A stretch of DNA of 64,000 nt, taken from an uncultured Desulfospira sp. (GTDB lineage: Bacteria > Desulfobacterota > Desulfobacteria > Desulfobacterales > Desulfobacteraceae). Position 1 is the stretch's first letter, and each line of letters starts with the position of its first letter. The stretch covers positions 768,001 through 832,000 of the forward strand of contig OY760175.1 in assembly GCA_963663165.1 (NCBI GenBank). Reading direction: 5' to 3'. A model generated the notes under the pieces. That model had not been told where the DNA came from and searched no databases. It saw only the letters and a program-made list of their open reading frames with translations. Below, piece after piece: positions 1 through 9,643 of the stretch. The position numbers and the translations under genes were made by a program.

Positions 1-106
1 TGCCTGAACCAATGCGGACATCGGATTCAATAATGGCGTAAGGACCAATGGTGACATTGGCATCGATTTCTGCCGAAGGGCTGATAATGGCCGTGGGATG
101 AATCAT
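1..106 (-). CDS. lpxA: UDP-N-acetylglucosamine acyltransferase, 5' part (runs off window)
   Basis: Manual translation from ATG at 106: [35 protein letters not shown], LpxA hexapeptide start; follows lpxD. Confidence 0.85.
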   Translation of the reverse strand, partial: MIHPTAIISPSAEIDANVTIGPYAIIESDVRIGSG

Positions 107-204
107 GACTGCTCCAAATTCGTGTTTGAATAAAGAATTATCCTTGGGCTGTATGGCATGAAAGGTGACAGCTTACGAAAGGTTTCATCCAGACACAGTT
201 ATGT

Positions 205-1272
205 TTAATTTTGGTTATGCTGTTCAAGGGCATTAAGCCGCTTTTCAATGGACATTAATTTCTTTCGCATTCCAGGCAGTCTCAATAAAATTTGGGAAAC
301 TTTAAGCCAGGTCTGGTGAGGCATTTGGGGAATTCCTGAAACAATCTGTCCGCCCGGGACATCAGAAGCCACCCCGGCATAGGGACCGACAATGGCCCCG
401 TCTCCGATATGAAGGTGGCCGGATACGCCGGCCTTGCCCGCAATGATCACGTTTTTGCCCACCGTGGTAGACCCGGCAATGCCCACCTGGGCTACGATAA
501 GGGTGTTGTCGCCGATTTTAACGTTGTGGGCGATATGGATCTGGTTGTCGGTTTTCACCCCTGATCCAATGATGGTGGTGCCCAGGGTTCCCCGGTCAAT
601 GGTATTGCAGGCACCGATTTCCACGTGGTCACCGATGTGTACATATCCGGTGTGGGGAAGTTTTTCATGATTGGTGCCGGCCTGGGCAAATCCATACCCG
701 TCAGACCCGATCACCGTTCCCGAATGAATGAGCCCGTGATGTCCGATCCTGGTCCGGTCCATCAGGGTCACATTGGGTTTGATTACCGTATGTTCTCCGA
801 TAATGGATTTGCGGCCCACAAACACGCCGGGCATTAAATGGACATGGTCTTTGATCACCGCATGATCCTCAATGACCACATGGGCCTCAATGGTAACCCC
901 CTCCCCTAAACAGACACCGTTTCCGATGACCGCCAAAGGGCTGATATACGGAACCGGATTTCTGGGCGGATGAAAATAGGGCACCAGCTTAAAAAAGGCC
1001 AGCCGGGGGTGATCGGTTTTGAGCAGGGTGGTATTCGAGCAGGGTTTACAAGACGCGGGGACAATCACTGCCCCGGCCCTGACCGATTCAATACGGGACA
1101 AAAATTCGGGTTCAACAGCAAAGGTAATATCATTGGGGCCGGCATCATCAAAAGATGACACCCCTGAAATAACCAGATTGCCCTGCCCTTCCATCCGGGC
1201 ATCAATGATCCGGGCAATTTGTTCTACAGGGTAAGGCCCTGGCTGATATGGGTTAGAACTTGTTGACTCCAC
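205..1272 (-). CDS. lpxD: UDP-3-O-(3-hydroxyacyl)glucosamine N-acyltransferase
   Basis: Hexapeptide repeats, [22 protein letters not shown] motifs; bamA-skp-lpxD-lpxA order. Confidence 0.95.
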   Translation of the reverse strand: MESTSSNPYQPGPYPVEQIARIIDARMEGQGNLVISGVSSFDDAGPNDITFAVEPEFLSRIESVRAGAVIVPASCKPCSNTTLLKTDHPRLAFFKLVPYFHPPRNPVPYISPLAVIGNGVCLGEGVTIEAHVVIEDHAVIKDHVHLMPGVFVGRKSIIGEHTVIKPNVTLMDRTRIGHHGLIHSGTVIGSDGYGFAQAGTNHEKLPHTGYVHIGDHVEIGACNTIDRGTLGTTIIGSGVKTDNQIHIAHNVKIGDNTLIVAQVGIAGSTTVGKNVIIAGKAGVSGHLHIGDGAIVGPYAGVASDVPGGQIVSGIPQMPHQTWLKVSQILLRLPGMRKKLMSIEKRLNALEQHNQN

Positions 1273-1293
1273 CGGCTTTTGCTCTGAAAAGGG

Positions 1294-1830
1294 TTACTTT
1301 TTGCTGGCCATCTGTTTGTTATAGGCCTCAATGACCCGGTCTGTGATATCCATCTGGTCAGGCATGTAGATGATACCGGCAGTTTTTCTTTCCATGATCA
1401 TCATATACCCCTCATCCTTTCCGATCTGATCGGTAATTTTAAATACATCGGTCTGGATTTCTTTGATGAGTTCTATTTCCATGGTTTTTAACTCTCTGGC
1501 AAAATCTTCCTGCATTTTTTTTAAATCATTAACCCGGATTCTAAACTCCCGTTCCTTTTCTTTTTTCTTTTCCGCACTCAGCAAAAGGGCTTCTTTTTCA
1601 TAGTTTTGAGACATTTCTTCAAGTTCGGCTTTTTCTTTTTCCAGTTTTCCTTTAAGCTCCTGGCCCTTTTCCTGAAGCTGATTCTGGGTCAGTTTCCCCT
1701 TGCTGGACTCTTTGAGAATTTTTTCAAAATTAAGGACCCCAATTTTGGCCACATCTGCGCTGAACACCGGCTGGCAAAGTCCTGCAATCCCGAACAGGGT
1801 AATCATTGCCATAATCATAAATTTTTTCAT
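1294..1830 (-). CDS. skp: OmpH/Skp periplasmic chaperone
   Basis: Signal peptide, KIGVLNFEKIL start, coiled coil, DITDRVI end; between bamA and lpxD. Confidence 0.9.
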   Translation of the reverse strand: MKKFMIMAMITLFGIAGLCQPVFSADVAKIGVLNFEKILKESSKGKLTQNQLQEKGQELKGKLEKEKAELEEMSQNYEKEALLLSAEKKKEKEREFRIRVNDLKKMQEDFARELKTMEIELIKEIQTDVFKITDQIGKDEGYMMIMERKTAGIIYMPDQMDITDRVIEAYNKQMASKK

Positions 1831-1913
1831 TTTTTTCTCCTAAAATTTAAGTAATGATTGCTTATGTTTTCTTGTATTCAAAAATCAAGGTAATCGCCGC
1901 CGGCCCGGCTTAT

Positions 1914-1948
1914 AGCTAAAAGCTAACAGCCAATGGCTAACAGCTGAA
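1914..1948. repeat. Five degenerate AGCTAAN heptamers just after bamA stop
   Basis: agctaaa agctaac agccaat ggctaac agctgaa. Confidence 0.7.
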
Positions 1949-1950
1949 AA

Positions 1951-4632
1951 TTAAAAGAACGCACCAACACTAAAGTCAAACTGCCCCTCTCCGGTATCCT
2001 TGACATCCTGTCCTTCCACCACGATGCCGTAAGCCAGCCGGATGGGCCCCATGGGGGAGTTCCAGCGAAATTCAAAACCCACCGTGGAATACTGTTCGCC
2101 CAGATCAATGCTGTCCCCTTTCCGGTAAACATCCCCCCGGTCATAAAACAGAACTCCGATCACCCCCATTTCTTCCTGGATGGGAAAAATCAGCTCAAAA
2201 TTAAACATCACATACTGTTCACCACCGCGCTGGATGGTTTCCCCTTCCGGGGTACAGTTGATGTCGGTGTCATCAAACCCCCGGATGGAGTTAATGCCCC
2301 CAAGGTAAAATCTTTCCCAGTCAATGTCGATATCGTTGCCGGTCCGGTCGTCTAAGTAACCTCCCTCAGCATGAAGGGCACCGACAAACTTCCAGAACAG
2401 GGGAATCCAGTAGCCGGTTTCAACCAGGTACCTGGTAAAATCGACTTCTCCGCCCACAAACTCCCCGGCATATTCAATGGAAAATTTATGGAATGCCCCC
2501 TTGGTGGGAAGAAAATAATGATTCCTTGAATCATACTTGATGTACGGCTTGATACTTGAGGTGATCCATGATCCTTCCATCACATTGGTATAGTCGCTTT
2601 CCACATCCGAGATATCAAATTTTTCCAGATTATATTCTACGCCCACCGTGGTGTAATCCCACAGGGCCCGGTATCCGGTTCTCAGGGTAAAGCCCACGGA
2701 GTCGCGATCATAATAATCATATTCTTTTTCCAGTTTGTAGACATCAGCCCCCACGGAAATGGGTCTGTCAAAGAGCCAGGGCTCGGTAAATCCGATCTTG
2801 TACAAGAGGGTTGAACCCGATAACCGGGTTAACAGCTTTAAGTTGTATCCACGCCCTAAAAAGTTTCGTTCTTCCAGGGATACCTGGGCAAAGGCCCCGT
2901 CATCACTGGAAAAACCGCCGCCAAAAGAAATGTTGCCGGTGGCTTTTTCTTCCACTTTGACATCAACGTCCCGATAATTTGGCCGGTCAGTGGGGACCGG
3001 GGTAACTTCAATATTTTGAAAGTAGTCTTTGTAATTCAAGTTCCGGTAGCTTCGCTGAAGTCCATGTTTGGAGTAAAGCCCCTGTTCTTCAATGGCCAGT
3101 TCCCGTCGAATGACCTTGTCCCGGGTTTTTGAATTGCCGGTGATCACAATCCGGTTAAAGTAAACCAGATCTTTTTTGTCGATCTTAAACGACAGGTTGA
3201 CCACATGTTTCTCATCATCCTTGTCCATTAAAGGAACCACATCCACATTGGCATATCCCTTGTCGGAATACATATCCGTTAAGGTAATCATGTCCTTTCG
3301 GACCAGTTCCCGGTTGTAAAGTTCCCCTTCCTTGGATTCCATGCCGGCCATCAGTTCTTCCCTGGTTGTCAGGATATCACCGGTAATGGCAACCGTGCCG
3401 ACCTTATACTGTTCTCCCTCTTTGATTTTAAAATGAATGGAGATGCTTTCATGGCCAAACTCGATCTGTGGATCTGATACTTTGGCATTAATGAACCCAT
3501 TGTTTTTATAGAAGGATTCAAGTCTGAGGGCGTCATTTAGGGCCTCGGTTTCATTTAAATCCCCGGATGAAGTAATAAAGGACCAGAACCCTTTTTCCGA
3601 TGTCTGAATTTCATCTTTAAGATCGTCTTCATCAAAGAAGCTGTTTCCTTCAAAAGTAATGGACTCTACCTTCAGCTTTTTGCCCTCGTCTATGGTAAAG
3701 ACAATATCGGCCTGGTTGTTGTCAAGGGGGTTGACCTCGTACTCTATGACACAATTATGATAATTTTTATCGGTGTACAATTGCTTTAACCGTTCAACAT
3801 CCGAGTTGATCTTGTACAGGTTTAAGATGGATCCCGTACGGGTTTCCACCACCTCGAACAACTCTTCTTCTTCGTAAATAACATTTTTCGTGAATATGAT
3901 TTTCCGGACACTGGGCTTTTCAGCAACCTCAAAAATAATTTCAAGGCCCCGGTCAAGTTTGTTCTTTTTAACCGTAACGTCATCAAAATAGCCCATTTTA
4001 TAAATTTGTTCCAGGTCATGGGACAACTTTCCCGAATCGGCAATATCGCCTTTCTGGGAGGTAACCACCCTGAGAATGGCATCGGATTCCACCCGTTTGT
4101 TCCCTTTTACGGTAAACAGGGCAATCACGCTTTTTTCAAACAATTCCCCGGTAATGGAACGGCCAAGCCGGTTCACGGCAGACCCTAACCCGCCGATACC
4201 TTCGGCCTGGGAGAAAAAGGTTAAGGGCGGCTCATTTTCAAACACATTGTGCATGCTGGTATCAAGGCTGACCCCCTTGCCGGCCATGAAGATGTGGCCG
4301 GTGATGATCCGGTCTACCCCTAAACGGACCCCCTCTTCCCGGAATTTGTAATAATCCCATTGATCCATCTGGCTCGGGTCAGTCAGATCTGTAACAATAA
4401 CAATTTTTGCGCCGTCCTTTTCCAGCCGTTCCTTGAGCATCTGAAGGATACTTTCCTGGATTTTGGGGTTTGGCTGTTCCGCCTGGATAGAAAAGGGAAA
4501 CAGGGCAACCGAAGGCGCCTGGGCAAACGCCAGGGGTGAGGCCAGGGTTGTAATCAAGATTGTAAAACCAAAAAACATCAGCCATGCCGGGCCAAAGGCC
4601 TTAAGGTGTTGTCTAACATTCATGGGTAACAT
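1951..4632 (-). CDS. bamA: Outer membrane protein assembly factor BamA with extra N-terminal domain
   Basis: POTRA repeats (GNKRV, GNSKTRDKVIRRE), LGGINSIRGF, SPMGPIRL, C-terminal Phe. Confidence 0.95.
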   Translation of the reverse strand: MLPMNVRQHLKAFGPAWLMFFGFTILITTLASPLAFAQAPSVALFPFSIQAEQPNPKIQESILQMLKERLEKDGAKIVIVTDLTDPSQMDQWDYYKFREEGVRLGVDRIITGHIFMAGKGVSLDTSMHNVFENEPPLTFFSQAEGIGGLGSAVNRLGRSITGELFEKSVIALFTVKGNKRVESDAILRVVTSQKGDIADSGKLSHDLEQIYKMGYFDDVTVKKNKLDRGLEIIFEVAEKPSVRKIIFTKNVIYEEEELFEVVETRTGSILNLYKINSDVERLKQLYTDKNYHNCVIEYEVNPLDNNQADIVFTIDEGKKLKVESITFEGNSFFDEDDLKDEIQTSEKGFWSFITSSGDLNETEALNDALRLESFYKNNGFINAKVSDPQIEFGHESISIHFKIKEGEQYKVGTVAITGDILTTREELMAGMESKEGELYNRELVRKDMITLTDMYSDKGYANVDVVPLMDKDDEKHVVNLSFKIDKKDLVYFNRIVITGNSKTRDKVIRRELAIEEQGLYSKHGLQRSYRNLNYKDYFQNIEVTPVPTDRPNYRDVDVKVEEKATGNISFGGGFSSDDGAFAQVSLEERNFLGRGYNLKLLTRLSGSTLLYKIGFTEPWLFDRPISVGADVYKLEKEYDYYDRDSVGFTLRTGYRALWDYTTVGVEYNLEKFDISDVESDYTNVMEGSWITSSIKPYIKYDSRNHYFLPTKGAFHKFSIEYAGEFVGGEVDFTRYLVETGYWIPLFWKFVGALHAEGGYLDDRTGNDIDIDWERFYLGGINSIRGFDDTDINCTPEGETIQRGGEQYVMFNFELIFPIQEEMGVIGVLFYDRGDVYRKGDSIDLGEQYSTVGFEFRWNSPMGPIRLAYGIVVEGQDVKDTGEGQFDFSVGAFF

Positions 4633-4640
4633 GCCATTCC

Positions 4641-5333
4641 TTAATCTGCGGGTATTATTTTTGATTCGTCCAGTGTAACGCGCCGGTCCATCATTCCTGC
4701 AAGCATTGTATTGTGGGTAACAACAATCATGGTCATGCCAAGCTCCCTGTTTAACTGGTTGAGAAGTTCATGAACGGCCATGCTGTTGGACTGATCCAAA
4801 TTGCCTGTGGGCTCATCGGCAAGCAGCAGATCCGGTTTCATGACAAGGGCCCTGGCTATGGCCACCCGTTGCTGCTCTCCGCCGGACAAATCTTCTGCCC
4901 GGTGGGTAAGTCTGGAACCAAGCCCTACTCTTTCAAGCATATTTACGGCATTGTTTTCAATAGTTTTTTTTGACATTCTGCCGATCAATCCCGGAATCAT
5001 CACATTTTCAACGGCGGTAAACCCCTGAAGCAGATAATGAAATTGAAAGATAAACCCGATCCTGGAATTTCGAAATTGCGCCAGGGCCTTATCTTTGAGC
5101 GTGAGCAGGTCCATATCCTGGAACATGATTCTTCCTGAATCGGGCCGGTCCAGGGTGCCGATGATATTTAAAAGTGTGGATTTTCCGATTCCCGAAGCCC
5201 CGACAACGGCAATGCTTTCAGATTTTTTTATGGTTAAATCGGCCTGATCCAGAATCCGGATGGGCGGCTGTCCGTTAAACGCTTTTGTCAGCCCTTCCAG
5301 CGACAGCAGGTATTCACTACAATCCTTATCCAT
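4641..5333 (-). CDS. lolD: Lipoprotein-releasing ABC ATPase
   Basis: GASGIGKST, LSGGEQQRVAIARAL, ADEPTGNLD; start taken at MDKDC overlapping upstream stop. Confidence 0.9.
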   Translation of the reverse strand: MDKDCSEYLLSLEGLTKAFNGQPPIRILDQADLTIKKSESIAVVGASGIGKSTLLNIIGTLDRPDSGRIMFQDMDLLTLKDKALAQFRNSRIGFIFQFHYLLQGFTAVENVMIPGLIGRMSKKTIENNAVNMLERVGLGSRLTHRAEDLSGGEQQRVAIARALVMKPDLLLADEPTGNLDQSNSMAVHELLNQLNRELGMTMIVVTHNTMLAGMMDRRVTLDESKIIPAD

Positions 5334-6549
5334 AACGGATGGCCTCAACCGGGTCCATTTTTGATGCCTTGCGGGAAGGATAAAGGGTTGATATAAAGCA
5401 GATCAAGAGCGAACTGATCCCGATAATCAGTACATCCTGGCCTGACAGCTCCACGGGCAGGGTGGAAAAGGGATAAGCCTCGGGCAGCCGGATGAAGTCA
5501 TATTTTTTTAACAAAAAACAGACCAGAACCCCGGAACCGGTACCCAGAAGAGTTCCTGTGGCACCGATGATCATGCCCTTGAGGATAAAAATCTTGCCGA
5601 TGATATCATGGGTGGCGCCCATGGCTTTGAGAACGGCAATATCTTTGGTTTTCTCCATGACCATCATGATCAGGGCGCTGGCAATATTAAAGGCCGCCAC
5701 CAGAATAATCAGGGTCAGAATGATAAACATGGCCGTTTTTTCAAGTTTCAGGGCGGAAAACAAACTGTGGTTGATGTCCATCCAGTCCCTTATATAAAAA
5801 GGGTATTTAAGAAAATTAAGCTCATTTTTCCGGATGCTTTTCACATTAAACACGTTGTCAACCCACAGTCCCAATGCCGAGACTTTTCCCCTGGCCGATA
5901 CCAGGTCCTGGGCCTGGTCCAGGCTGACATAGGCCAGGATACCGTCATATTCAGACATGCCCGATGAAAAGGTCCCCTTTACCACAAACCGTTTCATGGA
6001 CGGAATCTGGCCAATGGGGGATATAAACGTTTTCGGGGACATGAGAACCGCCTTGTCATTGATGGTGACCCCAAGGGAATCGGCCAGTTCCCTGCCCAGG
6101 ATAATCCCGGGAAGGCTGTCTTTTTCATTGGATTCCTCAAGGGCGGTGGAAAGCTTTTGAGCGGTGTACCCTTTCATGAGCAGGGCCCCGTGTTCTGGAG
6201 AAACCCCCCGAACCATCACCCCTGAAAAGGACCGGTTGGTCCGGATCATGGCCTGACCGAAAAGAATGGGCGAGGTGTCTTTAATATGGGGGCTTGATGA
6301 GATCTTATCCAGGATGTCCTGATACTGGTCAAAGGTGCCCCCATAGTTCATGATCAATATGTGGGGCTCAAGTCCCAGGATCCGTTTTCGAAATTCAGTT
6401 TCAGCCCCGCTCATAACGGCAATGACCACCACCAGTGCCATGACCCCCAAGGCCACCCCGGCAATGGATAAAAATGTGATCAGAGAGATAAACCCTTCTT
6501 TTCTTTTGGCTTTAAGGTATTTCCCGGCTATAAAAAATTCAACGGACAC
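5326..6549 (-). CDS. Lipoprotein-releasing ABC permease LolC/E
   Basis: FISLITFLSIAGVALGV, EKTKDIAVLKAMGA, DPVEAIRY motifs. Confidence 0.9.
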   Translation of the reverse strand: MSVEFFIAGKYLKAKRKEGFISLITFLSIAGVALGVMALVVVIAVMSGAETEFRKRILGLEPHILIMNYGGTFDQYQDILDKISSSPHIKDTSPILFGQAMIRTNRSFSGVMVRGVSPEHGALLMKGYTAQKLSTALEESNEKDSLPGIILGRELADSLGVTINDKAVLMSPKTFISPIGQIPSMKRFVVKGTFSSGMSEYDGILAYVSLDQAQDLVSARGKVSALGLWVDNVFNVKSIRKNELNFLKYPFYIRDWMDINHSLFSALKLEKTAMFIILTLIILVAAFNIASALIMMVMEKTKDIAVLKAMGATHDIIGKIFILKGMIIGATGTLLGTGSGVLVCFLLKKYDFIRLPEAYPFSTLPVELSGQDVLIIGISSLLICFISTLYPSRKASKMDPVEAIRYG

Positions 6550-6565
6550 AGGCTTGGGCCTCTTT

Positions 6566-8044
6566 TTATGCGTTCTTTTTCATATGCGGAAAAAGAATAA
6601 CCTCCCGTATGGAAGCTGAATCGGTTAACAGCATCACTAAGCGGTCAATACCAATGCCCTGGCCTGCGGTGGGCGGCATGCCGTATTCCAACGCCTCCAC
6701 ATAATCCGAGTCCATGATATGGGCTTCAGTATTGCCCTCGTCCCGCTGCCTGACCTGCATGAGAAACCGGTTGTGCTGGTCTTCAGGGTCATTGATTTCA
6801 GAAAACCCGTTGGCAATTTCCCGGCCGGCGATAAACAGTTCAAACCGGTCGGTCAGTTCCGGATCCGTATCACTTTTTCTGGATAACGGCGACACTTCCA
6901 CCGGATAACCGGTAATAAAGGTGGGCTGGATCAACTCGGGTTCAACCAGGACATCAAACAGCTTGGTCAACACTTTCCCGTGGCGGTCTTTTTTGGTGAT
7001 CTGAATATTTTTTTCTTTGGCAAAGGCGAGCAGGGCCTCGGTATCATTTAGGATTTGGGCATCAATGCCGGCAATGTCCGTTAAGGAATCCATCATGGAG
7101 ATCCGCTTCCATCCCTTTGAGAAGTCAATGGCCTGTCCCTGGTATTCAATAGTGGAAGAACCGTTGACCTGGATGGCAATGGATTCAAACATTTCTTCAG
7201 TCAGGTTCATTAAGTCTTCATAGTCCGCATAGGCCTGGTAAAATTCGACCATGGTGAATTCCGGGTTATGCCGGGTGGAAACCCCTTCGTTACGGAAATT
7301 CCGGTTAATTTCAAACACCCGTTCAAACCCGCCCACCACAAGCCGTTTTAAGTAAAGCTCCGGGGCAATCCTCAAATAAAGTTCCATATCCAGGGCATTG
7401 TGCCAGGTTTTAAAGGGAGTGGCTTCGGCACCGCCGGGAAGGGGCTGCATCATGGGGGTTTCCACTTCCATGAATCCCCGGTCCTCAAAAAAGCGTCTCA
7501 TGGCCGATACGGTCTTGCTTCTTTTAAGGAAAATCTGCCGGGAGTCTTCGTTCATGATCAGATCCAGGTACCGCTGACGGTACCGTTTTTCAGGATCTTT
7601 AATCCCGTGAAATTTCTCAGGCAAAGGCCTGGCCGCCTTGGACAGGAGCTTAAAACTTTTGGCCTGGATGGTCCACTCGCCGGTTCTGGTCTGGAACAGC
7701 GGCCCTTGAACCCCGATGAAATCACCAATATCCAGCTTTTTGAACAGGTCATACACCTCATCTCCGAGAACATTTTTCTGAAGGTAGGCCTGAATCTGGT
7801 CGGTTCCGTCCTTGAACCTTATAAACGAGGATTTCCCCATTTTATTGACCGCCATCATCCGGCCGGCCACCTTAAACTGCCGGCCGTCTTCTCCCAAAGA
7901 ATCGGGATCCGTATCAATGACCTCTTTGACTTCTGAAATGGGGCAGTCAACTTTAAAATCATTGGGATAAAGGGGGATTCCCTTATCCTTAATCTCGTTC
8001 ATTTTTTCTTTTCTAAGCTGAATCAGCTTGCTTTCCTTATCCAT
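6566..8044 (-). CDS. lysS: Lysine--tRNA ligase (class II)
   Basis: RYRQRYLDL, LRIAPELYLKRL, FRNEG, GMPPTAGQGIGIDRL; likely start MDKESK at 8044. Confidence 0.95.
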   Translation of the reverse strand: MDKESKLIQLRKEKMNEIKDKGIPLYPNDFKVDCPISEVKEVIDTDPDSLGEDGRQFKVAGRMMAVNKMGKSSFIRFKDGTDQIQAYLQKNVLGDEVYDLFKKLDIGDFIGVQGPLFQTRTGEWTIQAKSFKLLSKAARPLPEKFHGIKDPEKRYRQRYLDLIMNEDSRQIFLKRSKTVSAMRRFFEDRGFMEVETPMMQPLPGGAEATPFKTWHNALDMELYLRIAPELYLKRLVVGGFERVFEINRNFRNEGVSTRHNPEFTMVEFYQAYADYEDLMNLTEEMFESIAIQVNGSSTIEYQGQAIDFSKGWKRISMMDSLTDIAGIDAQILNDTEALLAFAKEKNIQITKKDRHGKVLTKLFDVLVEPELIQPTFITGYPVEVSPLSRKSDTDPELTDRFELFIAGREIANGFSEINDPEDQHNRFLMQVRQRDEGNTEAHIMDSDYVEALEYGMPPTAGQGIGIDRLVMLLTDSASIREVILFPHMKKNA

Positions 8045-8173
8045 ATGACATTCACTGCTTTCTTTGATTTGGTATGTGAAACATTTGGTTGTACCTGGAC
8101 TTTGGTGCCTGTACCCAAAGGGTGGAACATGGATAGATAGCTTGATTGGACCCGGATTGTCAAGGTTTAGTTG

Positions 8174-8298
8174 GTGTTTGAACGAAAAGCCACCCATCTG
8201 CTGCGTTGCAGAAAAAATGGCAATCCTCGCAACCAAAAGGTTGCTCCGGCTGCCATTTTTTCTGAGCCTTGCTTCTGGGCAACTTTTCGTTCAAACAC
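8174..8298. repeat. ~125-bp nested palindromic repeat, copy 1
   Basis: Ends gtgtttgaacgaaaag / cttttcgttcaaacac; homologous to reverse complement of 55621-55747. Confidence 0.85.
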
Positions 8299-8326
8299 AA
8301 AGTTTCGATTAACTGGCTTGTTTTTT

Positions 8327-9643
8327 TTAAGCGCGGCTGCCCTGGCCGGCCGGGCCTGACGCCTGGTTGAACACCAGGGTAAAGACCGTGCCTTTTCCAG
8401 GGGTGGAATCAAAATCGATCATGCCGTCATAGGTGTGGACGAGCCGGTGGATAATGGGCAGCCCAAGACCTGTCCCCTCGGGTTTGGTGGTAAAAAACGG
8501 GTCAAAAATGTGCCGGGCCTCTTTGACATCAATGCCCTGGCCGTCGTCCTGAATGGTCAGGTAAATTTTCTGGTTCCTGGCCGGTGTCAGGGAAATGGTA
8601 ATTTTCCCTTGGTTTTCAATGGATTCTGCCGCATTTTTGATCAGATTCCATAAAATCTGCTGAAGGTGAATGGGGTTGATGCTGACAAAAAGAGTGCGCA
8701 CCAGGTGAAGATCGACCTTGATACGGGGGGCCCACTCCGGAGTATTCTCAAAAAGGGCCATGACCTCATCAATGGCCAGGGCAATGTCCACATTTTCCGA
8801 ATAGGCCCGGCTGGGCTTCGCAAACACCCGGATATCATTGACAATGGTTTTAAGCCGGTCGGTTTCCCTTAGAATAATCTTCATGAGCTTGTCTTCATAA
8901 CTTTCCGGAACGGCATCTTCTTTGAGCAGCTGGATAGAGCCTGACAGGGAGGCCAATGGATTTTTGATCTCATGGACAATTCCGGATATCAGCTCATCCA
9001 TGGCCTCCATTTTTTCCACCCGCCGGAGGTGTTCCTGGGTGATTTTAAGGTCCTGGCGGGTGGTCTTCAGCTGCATGGACAGAATGCCGCTCAAGAGGGC
9101 CACGGCAAAAAAAGCCCCAATGGTGATGGCGATCCGGTAAACCACGTGAACCGGGTCTTCCGTTGCAATGGAATGATTCCACGAGGCCTCAAGAACCCCG
9201 TAATAGTCAAGCTCAATGAGAAGGCCGTAAAGAACGCTTGATATACAGGCGGCCAGCATGCTGCCCTTGCGCAACAGCAGCATGGCGCTGCAAATAATGA
9301 CCACCAGATAGACAAAGGTAAACACCGAATAATAACTGCCGGTCAGAAAAATAATAGCAGTAGAACAAAACAGGTCCACCACGATCTGGATATAGGCCAG
9401 CAGGACCAGGTTCTTTTTTTGATTCAGCCACAGGGTATACCCCACGGACAAGACCAGGACCAGGGCGGCAAGGTAGTACAGGTAAAGAAAGGGCTTGGAT
9501 AAAATGGCCAGCCGTTCTCCGGCGGAAAACACCAGGCAGGACAACACCAGGAGAAAAGAAAACATAATCCTGGCAAAGGTCAGCCAGGACAGTTGTCTGG
9601 CAAAATAGGAATTTTTGTCGAAGGATCTCAAAATATCAGCCAA
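8327..9643 (-). CDS. pilS: PilS-like membrane sensor histidine kinase
   Basis: Several N-terminal TM helices, H-box HEIKNPL, NLIKNA, DDGQGI, FFTTK, GTGLGL; probable TTG start overlapping pilC stop. Confidence 0.75.
   Translation of the reverse strand: MADILRSFDKNSYFARQLSWLTFARIMFSFLLVLSCLVFSAGERLAILSKPFLYLYYLAALVLVLSVGYTLWLNQKKNLVLLAYIQIVVDLFCSTAIIFLTGSYYSVFTFVYLVVIICSAMLLLRKGSMLAACISSVLYGLLIELDYYGVLEASWNHSIATEDPVHVVYRIAITIGAFFAVALLSGILSMQLKTTRQDLKITQEHLRRVEKMEAMDELISGIVHEIKNPLASLSGSIQLLKEDAVPESYEDKLMKIILRETDRLKTIVNDIRVFAKPSRAYSENVDIALAIDEVMALFENTPEWAPRIKVDLHLVRTLFVSINPIHLQQILWNLIKNAAESIENQGKITISLTPARNQKIYLTIQDDGQGIDVKEARHIFDPFFTTKPEGTGLGLPIIHRLVHTYDGMIDFDSTPGKGTVFTLVFNQASGPAGQGSRA

Noticed and set aside
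8045..8236. 64-aa N-terminal extension of LysS in the ORF track
   Set aside because: It runs into the palindromic repeat; LysS-like sequence starts at MDKESK (8044).
8174..8298. Integron attC site
   Set aside because: Lacks RYYYAAC/GTTRRRY ends, copies are not arrayed and no integron integrase is present.
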